From a virus (taxonomy: Duplodnaviria; Caudoviricetes), in IMG/VR virus record IMGVR_UViG_3300020379_000976, positions 1 to 50,307 of that record: a DNA stretch of 50,307 nt; one strand, 5' to 3'. Position 1 is the first letter of the stretch; each line of letters starts with the position of its first letter. Positions 47,133-50,307 of the stretch are shown piece after piece. A program made the translations under genes and the position numbers. A model generated the notes under the pieces. That model had not been told where the DNA came from and made no database searches. It saw only the letters and a list, made by a program, of their open reading frames with translations.

Positions 47133-47171
47133 TGTCTTATTATATATTACATAAAAAATTAGTTATGTATA

Positions 47172-47903
47172 CTATTTTTCTAAAAATTTTTCAATTATTT
47201 CTTTTACTTCAGTTTGTTTTAATTTTTGTAAAGCTTTAGCTTTTGTTTTCTTAATCCATACAATGGATTTATTATATTTTTCAGCTATTCTTGATAAAGC
47301 AACTTTTCTATCAAAAGGTTCATCTATACCGTAAAACATGCATATTACATCTTTTTCAAAAGGTGTTAAAAATATATTCATAACATCATTTAAATGTTCA
47401 TTTAATCTATCATTATTGTAATTAGATATTTCATCAACTACATCCATATAATGTGCATTGAAAAACGATGCAAATGTTCTAGTTAAAAATATATCTATTT
47501 GATAGTTCAAATCATATTTGCCTTCATATGCAGCTCCGTGAGGCTTTAACTTATAATATGCCTCAGGAATTCTAATAGTATCTCTATCGTGAGCTATGGC
47601 CCGTTTAATGCCGTTTTTAATATTAATTTTAAGATAATTAATTATAATTCCAGTTTTTTCTTCTTCTGGGGCTGCATTAATCATCTTCCAATCAAGTTTT
47701 AACCAAGCTCTATAAAAATTATAATAGCCTTCCTGTAATAAATCATTCAAGTCTAATATACCTATTCTATTCCACGACCTTTCAAACGAATTAGCCAAAC
47801 TTCTTGGCCATTGTATATAAGGCATATGGTCAGGGTCTATTAGCTTACCGCTATCCACTTCTTTTAAATGAAATTTATATGTTGGGTGGCTATACCACTT
47901 CAT
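47172..47903 (-). CDS. Phage sigma-70 family factor
   Basis: Region 2 DLLQEG, TIRIP, and region 4 HTH LTPFEKDVI...YGI.....L..IA........IK....KAL.KLK. Confidence 0.85.
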   Translation of the reverse strand: MKWYSHPTYKFHLKEVDSGKLIDPDHMPYIQWPRSLANSFERSWNRIGILDLNDLLQEGYYNFYRAWLKLDWKMINAAPEEEKTGIIINYLKINIKNGIKRAIAHDRDTIRIPEAYYKLKPHGAAYEGKYDLNYQIDIFLTRTFASFFNAHYMDVVDEISNYNNDRLNEHLNDVMNIFLTPFEKDVICMFYGIDEPFDRKVALSRIAEKYNKSIVWIKKTKAKALQKLKQTEVKEIIEKFLEK

Positions 47904-48001
47904 CTTCTATTTTTCTTTTTTGGTTTTCTAAATTCTTTACATTTTTTTGCTACGTCGAATTTGTTTGTGTATAGCAAATGCTTATATATTTTTTTACTCA
48001 T
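47900..48001 (-). CDS. Small basic hypothetical protein (33 aa)
   Basis: MSKKIYKHLLYTNKFDVAKKCKEFRKPKKKNRR; ATGA-coupled to the sigma gene. Confidence 0.5.
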   Translation of the reverse strand: MSKKIYKHLLYTNKFDVAKKCKEFRKPKKKNRR

Positions 48002-48002
48002 A

Positions 48003-48161
48003 TTAGTCCATTTTATGAATCCAAGTTATTCCTTTACTATTATACCATAACCATTTGTTTTTGTCATGCTTGTCAAAACTTGGTGGTATGTCACCAATTA
48101 AATAAGGTTTAAATTCAAACCTTATACCTATTCTAGTTGATTTTAATTTTTTATTTTTCAT
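48003..48161 (-). CDS. Hypothetical protein (52 aa)
   Basis: MKNKKLKSTRIGIRFEFKPYLIGDIPPSF...WYNSKGITWIHKMD; ATGA coupling. Confidence 0.6.
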   Translation of the reverse strand: MKNKKLKSTRIGIRFEFKPYLIGDIPPSFDKHDKNKWLWYNSKGITWIHKMD

Positions 48162-48316
48162 ATTACATCTTTAAATTTAACTTCATCAAACCATTCCCAT
48201 TCAGCATTAGAATAACTATTAAGAATTGAATTAATAGTTTGTTCTTGTACTTTATGAGAAACGTCTGTATTAATTATATAAGTTTTATTGTTTATTATTA
48301 ACTTACCTAAACTCAT
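48158..48316 (-). CDS. Hypothetical protein (52 aa)
   Basis: MSLGKLIINNKTY...WEWFDEVKFKDVI; ATGA coupling at both ends. Confidence 0.6.
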   Translation of the reverse strand: MSLGKLIINNKTYIINTDVSHKVQEQTINSILNSYSNAEWEWFDEVKFKDVI

Positions 48317-48552
48317 GGTCTATACTTTTGATATAAAATAAAAACAATAACCTTGAGCATAGTACCTGCCATAACGCCTACAGCAATTGTCAACTTCACT
48401 TCGATAATTGAAGCCATAGTAAAAACTGTTACTGTATCAAATGAAATCATTATAGGTATGAGTATCAATAGATTACGTTTAAATGTATCGCCCAGCAATG
48501 CTACTATATAAGCAGATAATGCAAGAAGTAAAGCAATTGATATACTACTCAT
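48313..48552 (-). CDS. Small 3-TM membrane protein
   Basis: Likely start MSSISIALLL overlapping the ligase stop. Confidence 0.6.
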   Translation of the reverse strand: MSSISIALLLALSAYIVALLGDTFKRNLLILIPIMISFDTVTVFTMASIIEVKLTIAVGVMAGTMLKVIVFILYQKYRP

Positions 48553-49399
48553 AATTTCTAATTGTTTTAGCTCTTGGAAATCTGTAAGCTCCAGCTGGAG
48601 TTCTTTCAAAGAATTCAAATGTTAATAGCTTACCAATATATTCATTTCTAGCTTGCCACATTTGTTTTCTAGTTTCAATAGTTAGTGTAGGCCAAGGTAT
48701 TTCAACTTTTCTGCCGTCTTTATCAATAGCCAACCATTTACCAAGACCATTAGCAAACTTACCTCTGCCTTCAACATAACCTGTAATGGTTGCTTCAGTA
48801 TCTGACCAGTCTTTCACTTTTAATAAGTTTTTACTTCGTTTAGTTTCATAAGGTGTATTATATCTAATAATAGAACCTTCATAACCTAAATCTTTAAAAT
48901 CATTATGATAAGAAAGTATCATGCTGTGAGAGTCAACTTTAAATGTATTAACAGTTTTAATTGAACGCCATTTGTAATATTTTTTATATTCTTTAATTCT
49001 ATTACTTCTTGTCATAAAAGGAATAAGATAATTTTTTGGTTCATTAAGAATAAACTGGTCGTAGCAATGAAATTGTAAATAACTTGCTGACTCAAATTTA
49101 TCAGCTTGCGTTGGTTTTTGTTTTTTAACAAGTGATATAATTTTGTTAAAGTTATTTTTAAACTTGTGATTATATAACTCGCCGTCAAGTATTCTATCAG
49201 GATAATCTTTAAAGAACGATTTAAGTTCCGTTAAGATATGTTTACAATTTTTAAACGGTTTATGGTTTCTGCTAAATGCGCCATCTTTAGTTATGTAGCA
49301 TCTAACGCCGTCTAGTTTTGGTTGTATGAAGCTTTTTGTATCTAACCGCCATTCTTTAGGGTTAAATTCTTTAGCTAACATTACATTAAAGTTCGTCAT
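48545..49399 (-). CDS. ATP-dependent DNA ligase
   Basis: KLDGVR, LDGELY, GYEGSIIR, LLKVK and RFP motifs; likely start 49399. Confidence 0.93.
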   Translation of the reverse strand: MTNFNVMLAKEFNPKEWRLDTKSFIQPKLDGVRCYITKDGAFSRNHKPFKNCKHILTELKSFFKDYPDRILDGELYNHKFKNNFNKIISLVKKQKPTQADKFESASYLQFHCYDQFILNEPKNYLIPFMTRSNRIKEYKKYYKWRSIKTVNTFKVDSHSMILSYHNDFKDLGYEGSIIRYNTPYETKRSKNLLKVKDWSDTEATITGYVEGRGKFANGLGKWLAIDKDGRKVEIPWPTLTIETRKQMWQARNEYIGKLLTFEFFERTPAGAYRFPRAKTIRNYE

Positions 49400-49679
49400 A
49401 TTCTTTTTTAATTCTGTCATATATTTCATTTAATTCTATTAATAATTCGTATTTTTCGTCGGCTAATAATTTAGCTCGTTTAGCTTCTAAATCTAATAGT
49501 TGAGCTTTCAACATATCTTTTTTAGTAGGATGTTTTATGTTACCAAAACCATCAACTTCAGCTTCAAAGAATTCTTTAGGAGTCATAGGTCTAAAATCTT
49601 GATGTATTCTATCATCAAACTCTTTTAAAATTTTATCTGCTACTAATTGTGCTAATTTTTCTAAATCTTCAGGAGTCAT
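49386..49679 (-). CDS. Hypothetical protein, UVR-like C-terminal helical hairpin
   Basis: L...E.YE....L....D.IK ending. Confidence 0.6.
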   Translation of the reverse strand: MTPEDLEKLAQLVADKILKEFDDRIHQDFRPMTPKEFFEAEVDGFGNIKHPTKKDMLKAQLLDLEAKRAKLLADEKYELLIELNEIYDRIKKEYDEL

Positions 49680-49905
49680 GGTTTACTATTATGGTATACA
49701 TATATTTTAATAATTTTTGTTTTCTAGTTAAACATTCAACTTGTTTAGCTATTTCTTCTTTAGTAGGCCCAAAGAATGAATCAGGAGTCATATTTTCCCA
49801 GTCTTTTATCTTTTCATCTAAAGGACCTTGCCTACTCATAATGTATATAAGTGCTTGACCTTTTAAATCGTCGTGGTCTAGCTTTAAGTGTTTTTCTCTT
49901 AACAT
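49669..49905 (-). CDS. Hypothetical protein
   Basis: Operon packing. Confidence 0.6.
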   Translation of the reverse strand: MLREKHLKLDHDDLKGQALIYIMSRQGPLDEKIKDWENMTPDSFFGPTKEEIAKQVECLTRKQKLLKYMYTIIVNHDS

Positions 49906-49906
49906 A

Positions 49907-50233
49907 TTAATCTTCTTTTTGTTCTAGCCATTCAATTACTTCTTGTTCAGGTAAGAAAGCTTCAGTGTCAATATATATCCTCACCTCACTACCATAACCT
50001 AAATCATGACATGTTTCTTCTATTCTATCCATAATAATATCAAAGCTTGGTTCATAATAATACACATCATTTTCCCAATCAATGTTTCTAGCATCGTTTG
50101 TCATAACATATAATGTATAATCATCAGCAGTATACCACTCAGATAATTCTAAATCAGGGTTACTCAACTCATCTTTAATTATAACTATACTATCGTATTT
50201 ATCACTTAAGTATTTTTCTAATTTTCCTATCAT
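49907..50233 (-). CDS. Acidic hypothetical protein
   Basis: Likely start MIGKLE at 50233; the longer ORF would run into the tRNA. Confidence 0.65.
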   Translation of the reverse strand: MIGKLEKYLSDKYDSIVIIKDELSNPDLELSEWYTADDYTLYVMTNDARNIDWENDVYYYEPSFDIIMDRIEETCHDLGYGSEVRIYIDTEAFLPEQEVIEWLEQKED

Positions 50234-50253
50234 TTTATTTAATTTAAAGTTAG

Positions 50254-50307
50254 AGCGAAAAGTGGGAATCGAACCCACAACCTTTAGATTGGAAATCTAA
50301 TGCTCTG
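50254..50307 (-). tRNA. tRNA-Gly(TCC), 5'-truncated by the window edge
   Basis: Reverse strand: AGAGCA TTAGA-TTTCCAA-TCTAA AGGTT GTGGG-TTCGATT-CCCAC TTTTCGC T. U discriminator and ...CGC acceptor end fit Gly; CCA not encoded. Confidence 0.85.

Noticed and set aside
11530-47160. TATTATATATTA-like motifs near several gene starts as phage promoters
   Set aside because: Cannot be separated by eye from the AT-rich background, and orientation is inconsistent.
1-50307. Stop-codon reassignment, introns or inteins
   Set aside because: Genes tile densely under the standard code, and TerL, NrdA, NrdB, ThyA and the helicase appear uninterrupted.

Overview
AT-rich dsDNA tailed-phage genome segment, most consistent with a podovirus-like phage of marine Flavobacteriia/Bacteroidetes. 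Host and family are inferred from gene order, A-rich starts lacking Shine-Dalgarno sites, and Bacteroidetes-type FN3 and signal-peptide motifs. The + strand (1-36260) is a late module: Gly-rich and LamG fibre genes, a holin/M15 endolysin cassette, a GroES-like gene, TerS/TerL, portal, scaffold, major capsid, tail ring proteins, a tail stabilization protein apparently split over three genes with FN3-like passengers, and three ejection/cargo proteins. The - strand (36302-50307) is an early/replication module: NrdA, NrdB, nuclease, MazG fusion, ThyA, primase-helicase, SSB, exonuclease, ERF recombinase, sigma factor, DNA ligase and a partial tRNA-Gly. The two modules converge on a bidirectional terminator. 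The main unusual signal is a second layer of same-strand ORFs, always in the +1 frame, nested in core genes (terL x2, scaffold, nrdA, nrdB x2, thyA, primase-helicase). Each coincides with a visible local switch of the host gene to G/C-ending codons. Several have independent protein signatures: a lipoprotein signal peptide, a TM plus C2H2 zinc finger running out of nrdB into the intergenic gap, and an 'MPFRSKAQMRYLYA' small basic phage protein. All assignments are by eye; no searches or computations were run.
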